Shown: positions 39,238 through 48,952, counted from the stretch's first letter. The stretch is 64,000 bases of DNA from a candidate division FCPU426 bacterium (GCA_963847625.1 CAWKAR010000003.1:96001-160000); one strand, 5' to 3'. Notes: generated by a model from the sequence alone, not told the origin. Numbers and translations: made by a program.

Positions 39238-40645
39238 TTTGTACCTTCTTTTTCCAAGCTGGATTCTTGAACCAGAACATGAAAACAATGCCCAACACGA
39301 GAATCAAGGCCCCCCCGTACTTCAACCAGATACCGGGGTCCTTCCCGACGGAAAAGACCGAGACGTACTTTCCATCGCCCTGGGGCGAATAGCTGGCTTG
39401 GAATAGGGTGAAACCTTTGTAACGGAGCGGCCGGTTCATGCTGATGACAGCTGGCATCTGGACGCCCAACTCCGGGTCTGTGTAAAGGATTTCGCTTGCA
39501 AAGGAGGCGGGTTTTTCCGTGCCGGGGTCAAAGCCCAGGTTGAACTTCTTGAGCCGGACGGAAAAGGGCAAGGATGATTGCAGAGGGCCGTAGGCCAACG
39601 CGAACTTCTCCCCCCGGAAGATAAAGCTCGACTGGCTTTCATAGCCGATCCAGCCCTCTTTCTTATCGGGATAATGGACGACATCGTAATGGAGGGCGGG
39701 CTCGGGGTCCTTTTGGGAAGCCAAAGGCTCGTTGATATAGGTTTCTTTCGGCAGGGCATCTTCCATTCTTTCCGATACCTTGAACCTCATGTCCATCCAG
39801 CCCGTGTAGATATCCTCTTCCGGCTTCAAGGTTTGTTCGGTCTCCCACTTGCCGCTCTTCCTGATCTGGTACTTCAAGCTCCCATCCGGAACCAATAGCA
39901 CCGCCAAGCCGTTGGGGACCGCGTCTTTTCCGAAGGTTTTCAGTTTTTTCTTCCATGCCGCTTCCCTTTCAAAATAAACCGAGGCCAGAGCAAGGTCCAA
40001 GTGCCCGTAATCAGGGTTTCCCAGGAATAACCATTGATCCTCCTGGATAAAAGAACCGGCTAAGGACAGGTGAATCGCGGGAAATCCCTTTTCGCCCTTG
40101 TCCGGATTTCTTGCCGCCACCTTTTTTCCGGCGTTGAGCAGAAATTGGTCCAACATCAAGAGACCTTCGCCGGGAAGCCGGATGATCTTGGGGTGGCCTG
40201 GGCTGGGGACTCGAATAGAGAAGGATGCGGGAATCCGGCCCGGCGCATCGTCCCCAATCTGGTAGTAAAGAGTGGGCTTATCCTCCAGGAATAGGTGTCC
40301 CTCCTCGCCCTCGACCAGGGCGATTTGGCCCTCGGCTCCAAACTTCTGGGTGGTCAGGGAACCGGCCAGGATGAAGAGGATGCCCAGATGGGTGATGACG
40401 AAACCGATGTGGTGTTTTTTCCACGGTATGCGGGAAAGGGCCGAGCAGAGGACGTTGATTCCCAATAGGAACAGAAACGCCGCAAACCACCAAGTGCCGT
40501 AAACAAACCGCTTGGCCAACGCGGTTGAATAAAGGGATTCCACGATCGTTCCAACCGCCAGGAGGGCCGCCAGGATCAACAGCATTGGCAAGGCCAATTG
40601 GACGGAGGAAAGGAACTTAAAAACCTTACTTTGGAATAATTTCAC
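39230..40645 (-). CDS. resB: Cytochrome c biogenesis protein ResB/Ccs1-like
   Basis: FLSSVQLA, GFVITHLG, ISMNRPLRYKGFTLFQASY, KDPG. Confidence 0.88.
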   Translation of the reverse strand: MKLFQSKVFKFLSSVQLALPMLLILAALLAVGTIVESLYSTALAKRFVYGTWWFAAFLFLLGINVLCSALSRIPWKKHHIGFVITHLGILFILAGSLTTQKFGAEGQIALVEGEEGHLFLEDKPTLYYQIGDDAPGRIPASFSIRVPSPGHPKIIRLPGEGLLMLDQFLLNAGKKVAARNPDKGEKGFPAIHLSLAGSFIQEDQWLFLGNPDYGHLDLALASVYFEREAAWKKKLKTFGKDAVPNGLAVLLVPDGSLKYQIRKSGKWETEQTLKPEEDIYTGWMDMRFKVSERMEDALPKETYINEPLASQKDPEPALHYDVVHYPDKKEGWIGYESQSSFIFRGEKFALAYGPLQSSLPFSVRLKKFNLGFDPGTEKPASFASEILYTDPELGVQMPAVISMNRPLRYKGFTLFQASYSPQGDGKYVSVFSVGKDPGIWLKYGGALILVLGIVFMFWFKNPAWKKKVQNA

Positions 40646-40726
40646 AAATTCTCCCGTTCATGAAACCAGACGATAAAAGAAGGACAAATAGGTTTGAGCT
40701 ATCCGGGTAAAATCCCTGTATCCCCA

Positions 40727-40760
40727 TAAAAAAGCGTCGTCCCCTTCCGGGAACGACGCC
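40727..40760 (-). terminator. Probable rho-independent terminator after tatA
   Basis: Minus strand GGCGTCGTTCCC-GGAA-GGGGACGACGCT followed by a T tract. Confidence 0.65.
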
Positions 40761-40795
40761 AAATGGCATCTTATTTGAATCCTAACTTTAGGAAA

Positions 40796-41029
40796 TCACC
40801 GGCCCTTCTTTTTTTGGGGAGTATTCTTAGACTTAGCGGGAAGAGCGATAGTCTGGGTCGGTGAAGCCTCGGGTTTGTGGGTATTGCTCGGTTGGTCGGG
40901 ATTAACAGCCTTTTTAAACTCGCGAATGGCTTCTCCCATCGCCCGGGCGAGGTCCGGCAGCTTGCTGGGGCCGAAAAGTAGCAAAGCCACGATGAATAGA
41001 AGTAGTAATTCCCCGAAACGTCCACCCAT
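40796..41029 (-). CDS. tatA: TatA/TatE translocase subunit
   Basis: ELLLLFIVALLLFGPSKLPDLARAMGEAIREFKKA. Confidence 0.95.
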   Translation of the reverse strand: MGGRFGELLLLFIVALLLFGPSKLPDLARAMGEAIREFKKAVNPDQPSNTHKPEASPTQTIALPAKSKNTPQKKKGR

Positions 41030-41281
41030 TAAAAAACTCCTTGGAAATTATTATAAAATCATTCTAGGCACCCGACTGGGCCAAGTAAAGGGCCTCTTGA
41101 TGCTTTAAGGGTAACGATTGATGGCGGCCCTGCCTTTTAAAATAACCATTTTGGGATGTTTTCCATGGCCAAATCCAAGTTTCCACGAAGTAAGGGCAAG
41201 AGGTGAAAGATGTTCATAACATAGATCTTCCCGCAAATGGAGCCAAAGGTGAAACTGAAATAGTCGCAGGAAAATCGCATT

Positions 41282-42691
41282 TTACTTGGCCGAGGCTAAA
41301 GAAGTCTGTGATCCCATGTTCGAAGGTGTCTTCCCATTTACAACGGCGTTGAGGTAGGTGCGAAGAGCCGCGATCTCTTCGGTGGTACCCGCAAGGGGGG
41401 GCATGAACTTGCGGTAGGGCGAGCCCTCCTTGTGCTCGTGAAGGATTTCCAGCAGGTTGCCGATGGCCTTTTCGTCACGTCCGTCCAACAGGCTGATCAT
41501 TCCCCGGTAGCCGTCAAGGGTATGGCAAGGCAGGCACTCTCCCAAGAACATCCGTTGACCCGCTTTAATGGGGTCGCTCAAGACAAGGTCCGAGCCCGTT
41601 CTCGGAGACCACATGGATTGAGTTAAGAATCCATTGCGGTTGAGGCCCTCCACTTGGGATTGCCGCACCCCGTTGGAATACATGAAATCCGCGATGACAA
41701 AGGGCTTGCGCAGCATCTCCCGGGTGCTTTCGGCGGCTCCCATGGCCAGGAAACCCAGGAAAAAAATTCCCAACGCATGGCCTAAGTGGAAATCCCGGGG
41801 GCTGTAATAGGCGAAGAAATAAACCACTCCGATCAGGGTGGCGGTCGCGATCAGGGTAATCAGGGCCATGCGCGTTACCTGTGTAAAGGCACCGGCCCCG
41901 ATGGTGGAAAATCCCAAGGTCAACAACTCCCTCTGGCCGGCCGGAACCATCCAGAGATACCAGGCGAAAAAGAACGGCATCAACAGGTAGGACGGCAACA
42001 GCCACTTGGCCGACCAGCGGATCATACCGTGTTTCAACTTCCCTTCCTTCACGCCGTCCAACCTGCTGAAAAAAACCAGGGCGAAGATGCCTGCCAGCGA
42101 CAGGCAAACCAGGGTCCTTAAACCCAGGCTGGGCCAGTAAGTGGGGTTGAAAAACGCCCGAAAAAACATGGTGGCCTCGTTGCCGCTTCCGGCCACATTC
42201 AGCCAATCCGCGCCGGGAGTCAGCATGAAGGCCAGGATGCCGTTGATAATCACCAAGGTGACGTAGGAAACCGCGCCGTAAAGGTAGCCGATCTTGAGAT
42301 GGACGGAATCGGAAACCCGGTTCCAAGTGTAATAGTAAATCGCGGCCAGGCTGAGCTCGACCATAAACACCACCCATTCCATGGCCCACGCGAACACAAA
42401 GTTGCGGATCAGGGTACTGGTGCCTTCGGGGCTGGCCAAGCTGATGGCGAACCAGATGCCTACGCCGGTCACGGTACCCGCCACGCCGGTGAGAACGAGG
42501 AAAAACTTGGAATAACCCCTCAATCTCGCCAGCCAGTCCGCCCGGCCCTCCTTGAGCGCCTTGGCCTCGGCGATGGGTTGGAAAATCCCCCCTCCGATGG
42601 CGAAATGGGAAATATAGACATGGATGATGGCGATGATGCCGATCATCCAGCCGGAACCGATCAGCGGTACGTACCAAACGGGATAATTCAT
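41282..42691 (-). CDS. Cytochrome bd subunit I-like membrane protein fused to cytochrome c
   Basis: HVYISHFAIGGG, GTVTGVGIWF, WAMEWVVF, INGILAFMLTPG, REMLRKPF; C-terminal CLPCH. Confidence 0.8.
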   Translation of the reverse strand: MNYPVWYVPLIGSGWMIGIIAIIHVYISHFAIGGGIFQPIAEAKALKEGRADWLARLRGYSKFFLVLTGVAGTVTGVGIWFAISLASPEGTSTLIRNFVFAWAMEWVVFMVELSLAAIYYYTWNRVSDSVHLKIGYLYGAVSYVTLVIINGILAFMLTPGADWLNVAGSGNEATMFFRAFFNPTYWPSLGLRTLVCLSLAGIFALVFFSRLDGVKEGKLKHGMIRWSAKWLLPSYLLMPFFFAWYLWMVPAGQRELLTLGFSTIGAGAFTQVTRMALITLIATATLIGVVYFFAYYSPRDFHLGHALGIFFLGFLAMGAAESTREMLRKPFVIADFMYSNGVRQSQVEGLNRNGFLTQSMWSPRTGSDLVLSDPIKAGQRMFLGECLPCHTLDGYRGMISLLDGRDEKAIGNLLEILHEHKEGSPYRKFMPPLAGTTEEIAALRTYLNAVVNGKTPSNMGSQTSLASAK

Positions 42692-42706
42692 GGCTTTAAA
42701 GACTCC

Positions 42707-43840
42707 TCATGGTTGTCCCAGGGTGGAATAACCCCAGAGCGTGGTGATCAAGAGGCCGGCCAATACCAGGAGCCCGAAGTAAGTGGTCTTCCGGGCCCGC
42801 GCGCCGGCCTTGCTTTTCACGTCATAAAGCGGCACCAGAACCCAAAGCACCAGCCCCAGGTTGAAAAGAACGAGCCCGAAAAGCTCGCCCGCCTCGCCGG
42901 AAACCACCTTCCCGATGATTCGCAGTACTTGGAAGGAGCTCATGAAATACCACTCGGGGTGAATGTCCATGGGGGTGGGTTTTATCGGGTCGGACTGCTC
43001 CCCCAAGCCCCAAGGGTACACGGCCGCGAGAAACGCTAGGATATTCAGGGCCAGTAACCACATGCCCAGGTCCTTCATCGCGAAGTTCGGAAAAAACGGC
43101 ACGCTGCGGCGCTGGGATTCGGGTTTCGCCTCCTCGCTTTCCGGCATGGACACGCCGTGCTTCTGGATCAACGCGAGGTGGAAAAGGAGGATGGGTATGA
43201 AAAGGGCCGGCAGGACCACCACGTGAAGGGCGAAAAACCTGGAGACCGTGAAGGAACTGATCTCGGGGCCGCCACGCACCAGATCGGAAATCCAGGGGCC
43301 CAGGACGGGGATCACCGCCGGGATGCTCAAGCCCACCTTCGTGGCGAAGAAGGAAAGCACATCCATGGGCAGCAGGTATCCGCTGAAACCAAAAACCAAG
43401 GCCAGCCCCAGGAGCGCCAAGCCGCTCCACCAGCCGAACTCGCGTGGGGCGCGGTAGGCCCTCAGGAAAAAAACCGAGAACATGTGGATGAAGGCCGATC
43501 CGATCATGAGGTTGGCCGACCAGGCGTGCACCGAGCGGATGAACCACCCGAACTTGATGTGGTAGGTGATCTGCCGGACGGACTCGTAGGCGTCGTCGCC
43601 GGGCCGGTAATAAAGCAGCAAAAGCACGCCCGTGAAGCACATGACGATGAAGAAAAAAAGCGTGATGCCCCCCCAGTAGTACCAGAAGGAGTATCGGTGT
43701 TCCGGAACGGTTTTTTCCGAGGCCATCTTGGCCAAGTCGGTTATCCCCAGCCTCTCATCCACCCACCGATAGACGAATGAGAAGAGGTTGTCCCGACCGG
43801 AGCGCTTAGGTCCGGCTGATAGTGATTTTTCCATTGGCAA
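42707..43840 (-). CDS. Cytochrome b/b6 (second copy)
   Basis: IRSVHAWSAN, GYLLP, RFFALHV, HPEWYF. Confidence 0.93.
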   Translation of the reverse strand: MPMEKSLSAGPKRSGRDNLFSFVYRWVDERLGITDLAKMASEKTVPEHRYSFWYYWGGITLFFFIVMCFTGVLLLLYYRPGDDAYESVRQITYHIKFGWFIRSVHAWSANLMIGSAFIHMFSVFFLRAYRAPREFGWWSGLALLGLALVFGFSGYLLPMDVLSFFATKVGLSIPAVIPVLGPWISDLVRGGPEISSFTVSRFFALHVVVLPALFIPILLFHLALIQKHGVSMPESEEAKPESQRRSVPFFPNFAMKDLGMWLLALNILAFLAAVYPWGLGEQSDPIKPTPMDIHPEWYFMSSFQVLRIIGKVVSGEAGELFGLVLFNLGLVLWVLVPLYDVKSKAGARARKTTYFGLLVLAGLLITTLWGYSTLGQP

Positions 43841-44315
43841 TACTCACTTTGTACCCGGTCAGCGGCTTGGGCGGCGGGCCGGAGATGTTGGCTCCCGTCC
43901 GGGGGTCGTAGACCCCCCCGTGGCAGGGGCAGTAAATGATTTTTTTATCGGGCTGGTAGGCGGGGGTGCACCCGAGATGGGTGCAGACGGCGCTCAAGGC
44001 CGTCCAAGTATCGTCGTCCTGGTGGATGAGCATGGCGGGTCTGGAGGCGAACTTGAACATCATGGCGGAGTTTTTGGGCAATGAAAGGGCGTTGTCCAAA
44101 GTCACTTCTTTTGCCGGCACCTCCATGGCGGCGTCTTCCACCGGCGAGGCCAAATAGCGGTAGATGGGATAACCAATGAATCCCGCGTAAACGGCGCCCA
44201 CGGCACCCGCGGCTATCTTCAGGAAGGTCCGCCTTTCCATCGGCCCCAGCAAACCGTTGGAATCGGAATCGTCCTTGGTCGGGCCGGCGGGCGGGTTTTT
44301 ACTTTCCTCAGGCAT
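43806..44315 (-). CDS. Rieske 2Fe-2S protein (second copy, Tat substrate)
   Basis: Probable start MPEESK at 44315; ERRTFLK; CTHLGC, CPCHGG. Confidence 0.93.
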   Translation of the reverse strand: MPEESKNPPAGPTKDDSDSNGLLGPMERRTFLKIAAGAVGAVYAGFIGYPIYRYLASPVEDAAMEVPAKEVTLDNALSLPKNSAMMFKFASRPAMLIHQDDDTWTALSAVCTHLGCTPAYQPDKKIIYCPCHGGVYDPRTGANISGPPPKPLTGYKVSIANGKITISRT

Positions 44316-45426
44316 AGTTTTCCTCCACCGGCTTGGCACGGCGCAGCACCATGAGAATCCAGCCCATGATGCCCAGGCCCACGATAAAGAAACCAAAGAA
44401 CAGTCCAACCACTAGCCAATTGGTGTTAACCGGGCTGATCCATATGTCAAAACCCTTGTGGGCGAGCGTGATGTCCCTCACGCCGTCGCGCAAAATCACG
44501 TAGGCGGCCACCGAAAAAAAAACGGGCAGGGCGGTTAAAAGCCCCCTGGACAAAGACCAGTCCCTCGGCCGCAACACCAGGCCCAGGGCCGCTAAAACAC
44601 TCAGGCCCAGGCATCCCAACCAACCGTAAAGCAAAGCCCGGTAAAACCCGGAACTTTGAAGGGCTTCCTGGACAAAATCGGGCTGGGCGTGAAAAGCCCA
44701 CAAACCCACTGCGGCCAGCACCGGCAAGGCGGCCAGTGCGATAACGCCGCTCCAGAACCGGAAGAAGACCTTCACTTCTTCTTCCAACGCGTTTTTGCCG
44801 GTGTAAAGAGCCGATCCTAAAGCACCTAGGGCGATAGAACCGGCCATCATGACGGCGAAGCGAGGCCACTTGGTCGGGTCAAAGGGAGGCATATGGATGC
44901 CGGAAACCGCGGCGCCGTACATGCCCGGCCAAACCTCGGGACGGAGCATCAAGGTCATGTTCGTGGAGAAAACCTGGGCCACGTACATCAGAAGGGCCAG
45001 GGCCAAAAGGCCCCAGGACCACCAGTTTTTTTTATGCACGGCGTGGCCAGCCATGTGGTAAAGGATGAAATAAGCCGTGATGATGAACAAGAGAACGCTG
45101 ATCCAGTAAGCGCCGATCAGGATGCTGCTGGTATAGAACGCCCGGCCATAAAGCGCCTGGGTAAACAAGAGGGGCGGAATGCCCAGGTTGATGACGAAGG
45201 TCGTTACGATGGGCAATCGGGCCGCCACCACGCCCGAGGAGGAGATCGCCCGGGGTGACTTGAGAAAATAACCGATGGCGTTCCAAAGGATGGCCAAGAA
45301 TAAGCCGCCCAGCAGGAGGTGCAGAAAAGCGAAGTGCAGGGAGAGCGTGAGGTTGTGGAGGACCTTGAAAAGCCAAATCGGCGCGGGGAGGGGGATCGGA
45401 TCGAGCGATGGAAAATAGAAAGTCAT
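44308..45426 (-). CDS. Polytopic membrane protein, probable partner of the bd-like subunit
   Basis: About 9-10 TM helices with N-terminal His residues (LHNLTLSLHFAFLH), NLGIPPLLFTQ; first gene of the operon. Confidence 0.65.
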   Translation of the reverse strand: MTFYFPSLDPIPLPAPIWLFKVLHNLTLSLHFAFLHLLLGGLFLAILWNAIGYFLKSPRAISSSGVVAARLPIVTTFVINLGIPPLLFTQALYGRAFYTSSILIGAYWISVLLFIITAYFILYHMAGHAVHKKNWWSWGLLALALLMYVAQVFSTNMTLMLRPEVWPGMYGAAVSGIHMPPFDPTKWPRFAVMMAGSIALGALGSALYTGKNALEEEVKVFFRFWSGVIALAALPVLAAVGLWAFHAQPDFVQEALQSSGFYRALLYGWLGCLGLSVLAALGLVLRPRDWSLSRGLLTALPVFFSVAAYVILRDGVRDITLAHKGFDIWISPVNTNWLVVGLFFGFFIVGLGIMGWILMVLRRAKPVEENYA

Positions 45427-45767
45427 GGGACCTCTTTTTTGAGCAATGGAAGGTACGCGCCTAGGAGCCCAAATCCGCGTTAAAGCATAATGTCAAACAC
45501 GGTTTGAGTTCAAGCATTACCTGTTTTCTTGTTTTTCAGGCAAAAACGAAACCAGCGTCTCGCGTACCCCGGCCGAGGAGATGAAAGGCGGCGGCATTAA
45601 CCCAGCTTGGCCAGCCTGATTAACGCGGTCAATTGGGAATAATATTTTTGAAAGATAAATTTCATATTCCTCCCGTGATAGGCAGGTTTCCTCACCGCCG
45701 ACCCTCCCCATGCGGTTCCTGATCCCCTTAAATTTAATGATGGTTCAACCTTGCTGAGAACAGCGTG

Positions 45768-46310
45768 TTAATGGATCGCGGCGCTAGGGACGGCTTTCCA
45801 GATTTCCTGCGCTTTAGCCGGAAGCGAGTCCATATGCTTGAGGAAAAGCGCCAGCTTCCAGGCTTGGTCGTCGGTCAAGGCCTTGCTGAAACCCGGCATG
45901 CCGGTTAAGCGAATGCCGTGCTTGACCTTCCAGAAAGTAACCCCTTCCGGGTCGTCTTCCACTCCATCTGTCGCGAGTTGGGGGGCTTGTTGGTATAGCC
46001 CCATCGCGATGTTGGAAGGTTTTCCGTCGGAAGCGCCATGGCAGACGGCGCAGTTTGCGGAATAGAGTTTTATCCCCTCCATCAGATTTTTCCCGTTAAA
46101 TTCAACGGGATTCGGGCCTTTGGGCGCTTCGCGTTGAATGGAAGCATGCAGGGATTTCCAGGCCATCCATTTCTCAAGAGCCGGGGGTTTGCCGTCAGCG
46201 TTGACCGGCATGAACCCGGAGATAATGAAGAAGTACCCCCCCATGGCTACACAGGCCAGGGTGATGAGTATTCCCCATAAAATCCCTTTTCCCATAAACG
46301 CTGCCTCCAT
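45768..46310 (-). CDS. Membrane-anchored monoheme cytochrome c
   Basis: CAVCH, FWKVKHGIRLTGMPGF. Confidence 0.9.
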   Translation of the reverse strand: MEAAFMGKGILWGILITLACVAMGGYFFIISGFMPVNADGKPPALEKWMAWKSLHASIQREAPKGPNPVEFNGKNLMEGIKLYSANCAVCHGASDGKPSNIAMGLYQQAPQLATDGVEDDPEGVTFWKVKHGIRLTGMPGFSKALTDDQAWKLALFLKHMDSLPAKAQEIWKAVPSAAIH

Positions 46311-46389
46311 CCAAAATCCATTATTAATCTATGATCGGGTTTTTTCGTTTCTTTTTCCAGATGGATACCCAAATTTGGACGTATATGAC

Positions 46390-46419
46390 TTGTCCACGAA
46401 GGGTCCCCTTCGTGGACAA
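46390..46419 (+). repeat. Cassette-boundary dyad site F (perfect dyad)
   Basis: TTGTCCACGAAGGG-TC-CCCTTCGTGGACAA: a 14-bp perfect inverted repeat around TC. Confidence 0.9.
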
Positions 46420-46431
46420 TTAAACCTCGGA

Positions 46432-46863
46432 TCAAAACCCCAACTTTTTAAGAAGTTGCGCCGTGGTATACCACTCAATCCCGATTCCCTCAAAATCTCC
46501 GTCGTTAGACCATAAGGGTATTTTCAATTCGAGGGACAAAGCCAATAAATCTATGTCATCCGGGTCTCTTTTTCCAATTTTCCTCCGGGCTAATGCAAAA
46601 GAACCGTGATAATCCTTTAGGCCGTATTCCCTGACAGCCAATAGTTGAAATTGGCTTTCCAGGAGTTCCTCGGCTATGCGATATTTCACGGCCATGATTG
46701 GAAGGTATTCACGCACTTCTTTGATATTCAATGCCGTGGATATGACTTCAAGGTGGGAATGAGTAAAAACTTTGAGGGCAGCCCTGCCGGTCGCGGCGGA
46801 AAGAAGGACGTTAGCGTCCGCGGCGATTTGCCCGGCGGGTTTTTCTCCATGTTTCAAAGTCAT
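46432..46863 (-). CDS. PIN-domain (VapC-like) toxin
   Basis: ADANVLLSA...RDPDDIDLLAL...LWSNDGDF; start uncertain. Confidence 0.88.
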   Translation of the reverse strand: MTLKHGEKPAGQIAADANVLLSAATGRAALKVFTHSHLEVISTALNIKEVREYLPIMAVKYRIAEELLESQFQLLAVREYGLKDYHGSFALARRKIGKRDPDDIDLLALSLELKIPLWSNDGDFEGIGIEWYTTAQLLKKLGF

Positions 46864-47107
46864 GTGTAACCGTCCGCTCACTAACGCCTGATTTTTTGAG
46901 ATGGTTGGAAATGGCGGAGCCAAGGTTCGTTAAAAGTTCCCTCCGCAATTCCAGGGGAAGTTCCTGGGACTTGGACATAGGTACCAATAGGCTGGCGACT
47001 TTCCCGTGTTTGGTCACAAACACGAGATCGTCCCCGCTCAGAAACTCCGGCGCGTGATCCCTAAATTCCCTTACCCCTGCGACTCGCATAAAACCACCTT
47101 CCTGCAA
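46811..47107 (-). CDS. Phd/YefM-like antitoxin
   Basis: MRVAGVREFRDH...VFVTKHGKVASLLVP; overlaps the PIN gene. Confidence 0.8.
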   Translation of the reverse strand: MQEGGFMRVAGVREFRDHAPEFLSGDDLVFVTKHGKVASLLVPMSKSQELPLELRRELLTNLGSAISNHLKKSGVSERTVTHDFETWRKTRRANRRGR

Positions 47108-47185
47108 CCTATGATACTTTCGGCCCTTTCAATATAGACGTTCTTATAATTATGTCAACAATTATGTACACATTACCCATTTTAG

Positions 47186-47240
47186 GTGTCCACGATCCCT
47201 GCCGCTCGCTGCGGTGCGAGCGGATCCCCGTCGCGGACAG
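47186..47240 (+). repeat. Cassette-boundary site G with 25-nt hairpin insert
   Basis: GTGTCCACGAT-[CCCTGCCGCTCGCTGCGGTGCGAGC]-GGATCCCC-GTCGCGGACAG. Confidence 0.75.
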
Positions 47241-47245
47241 CCTCA

Positions 47246-47746
47246 TCACATTAAAATTCGAAGAATCTTCTCAACTACATCTTTCGAGGAACCCGTCCCC
47301 ACTTCCATCTTGTGTTCGTTCTCAAGTGTGACCCTGGCTTTCAGAACCTGATTAATACGGACGGAACTTTCAAAGTCATGATTGCCGCTGTCCCTCATTG
47401 GGTCAATTATTCGCCGCTTCAATTCGTTAGAGTCATCCAGGAAAAAGGTGAGCATCACGCAGGAAGCTTTTGGAAATAATCCTTTAAGCCGAATCATCCG
47501 TTCTGGTTGAACGTCCACCACCAGGATATTCTTGAAGCCGTATTTAAGATACCGTTCCAATGTGAACGCGAGTATTTCCTCGGATAACCGTTCTTCCTCC
47601 TGCGATGCATCCCGCCAACCTTCGTGAAGGTGCGCACTCCGAATCCAATCAAACTCCAAGCATGGCGATTGCAGTTTTTCTTTGAGAAGTCTACTGAGGG
47701 TTGTTTTACCCACTCCGGGTGCACCCACGATAAAAATGATGTCCAT
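47246..47746 (-). CDS. P-loop NTPase/nucleotide kinase-like (AAA_33-type) protein
   Basis: MDIIFIVGAPGVGKTT; ATG at 47746 has an AGGGAG RBS (the track's GTG start lies inside site H). Confidence 0.8.
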   Translation of the reverse strand: MDIIFIVGAPGVGKTTLSRLLKEKLQSPCLEFDWIRSAHLHEGWRDASQEEERLSEEILAFTLERYLKYGFKNILVVDVQPERMIRLKGLFPKASCVMLTFFLDDSNELKRRIIDPMRDSGNHDFESSVRINQVLKARVTLENEHKMEVGTGSSKDVVEKILRILM

Positions 47747-47789
47747 CAATTGCTCCCTAATTTCAGACCTCTCAATCGTCGCTCTTTTT

Positions 47790-47819
47790 CTGTCCACGAC
47801 GGGTCCCCAGAGTGGACAG
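47790..47819 (+). repeat. Cassette-boundary dyad site H
   Basis: CTGTCCACGAC-GGGTCCCC-AGAGTGGACAG. Confidence 0.9.
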
Positions 47820-47897
47820 ACATGTGCCGATCAATTGGCTTATTTTACCTCTTACTGAGCATATAAAAAAATTGTCACGAATAAGCTGTTTTACTGT

Positions 47898-48952
47898 CCC
47901 GAGTTCCATAAGTAAGTGCAACACTTAGTGTCTGAAGAAGGCCGCATGAATAGGATATGCGGCTATGAAAAAGAAATACAAGCATTTAAGCGTTGAAGAA
48001 AGAGATCATTTATCCGTCTTGAAAGGAAAGGGTCTTAGCCTTCGAGCAATTTCACGCGCCTTGAAGAGGTCTCCTTCCACCCTCTCCAGGGAACTCAAGC
48101 GCAATGCTCCCCCTATCCGTTCTGGTTATTATCTTTCTCATCGAGCCCATCAACGGTATGTTGACCGCAACCAACAACGAGCACGCCGTTTACGCCTGAA
48201 AACAAAACGAATTCGTGCCTACGTCCGTCGTCAATTGAAACGAGGCTGGTCTCCAGAACTCATTTCAGGTCGATTAGGTCACCTACGGCCTAAGCAAACC
48301 ATTGGTCCTGAAGCTATCTATCAGTGGGTTTATGCTGAAGCCACTGAGCTGATTCCTTGCCTAGTTCGACACCACCGGCGACGATTCTCATTTGGCCATA
48401 GCCGTAAGCACGCCAAAAACCATATCCCAGGCCGTGTTTCCATCGATAAGCGCTCCGAGATCGCCAATCAACGCAAGCAATTCGGCCATTGGGAAACCGA
48501 CACCATGGTCTCTCGTCAGAGTAAAGTTGCTATGCGGGCTCTCGTCGAGCGTCAAAGCCGTTTTTCCAAGTTGGGAAAGCTCAAACGAAAGACCGCTTGC
48601 CAAATGAGTCATAGCCTCAACCGCGCTTTATGCCGCTTCCCTCAAGACGCCCGCCTGAGTCTGACCTATGACAACGGAACCGAAAACACCAACCACTTGG
48701 AAACCAACCACGTGCTTGGTACAAAATCCTTTTTCTGCGCCCCTTTCCACAGTTGGGAAAAAGGTACGGTGGAAAATACTATCGGTCTTGTCCGCCGCCA
48801 TTTGCCTAAAAAGACTGATCTTGCTAAAGTGTCCTTCAAAGAATTCAGGACCATAGAAAGATGGCTCAATAACAGGCCCAGGAAATGTTTGGGCTTTAAA
48901 ACTCCGGCGGAAGTCTTCCGGCGAAGTGTTGCACTTACTCCGTGAATTCGGC
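47898..48952 (+). mobile_element. IS30-family insertion sequence
   Basis: Imperfect 29-bp terminal IRs sharing AGTAAGTGCAACACTT; TGT flanks both ends (probable target duplication). Confidence 0.85.
47965..48945 (+). CDS. IS30-family DDE transposase
   Basis: HLSVEER, PSTLSRELKRN, GHWETDT, TYDNGTE, SWEKGTVEN, NNRPRKCLGFKTP. Confidence 0.95.
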   Translation: MKKKYKHLSVEERDHLSVLKGKGLSLRAISRALKRSPSTLSRELKRNAPPIRSGYYLSHRAHQRYVDRNQQRARRLRLKTKRIRAYVRRQLKRGWSPELISGRLGHLRPKQTIGPEAIYQWVYAEATELIPCLVRHHRRRFSFGHSRKHAKNHIPGRVSIDKRSEIANQRKQFGHWETDTMVSRQSKVAMRALVERQSRFSKLGKLKRKTACQMSHSLNRALCRFPQDARLSLTYDNGTENTNHLETNHVLGTKSFFCAPFHSWEKGTVENTIGLVRRHLPKKTDLAKVSFKEFRTIERWLNNRPRKCLGFKTPAEVFRRSVALTP

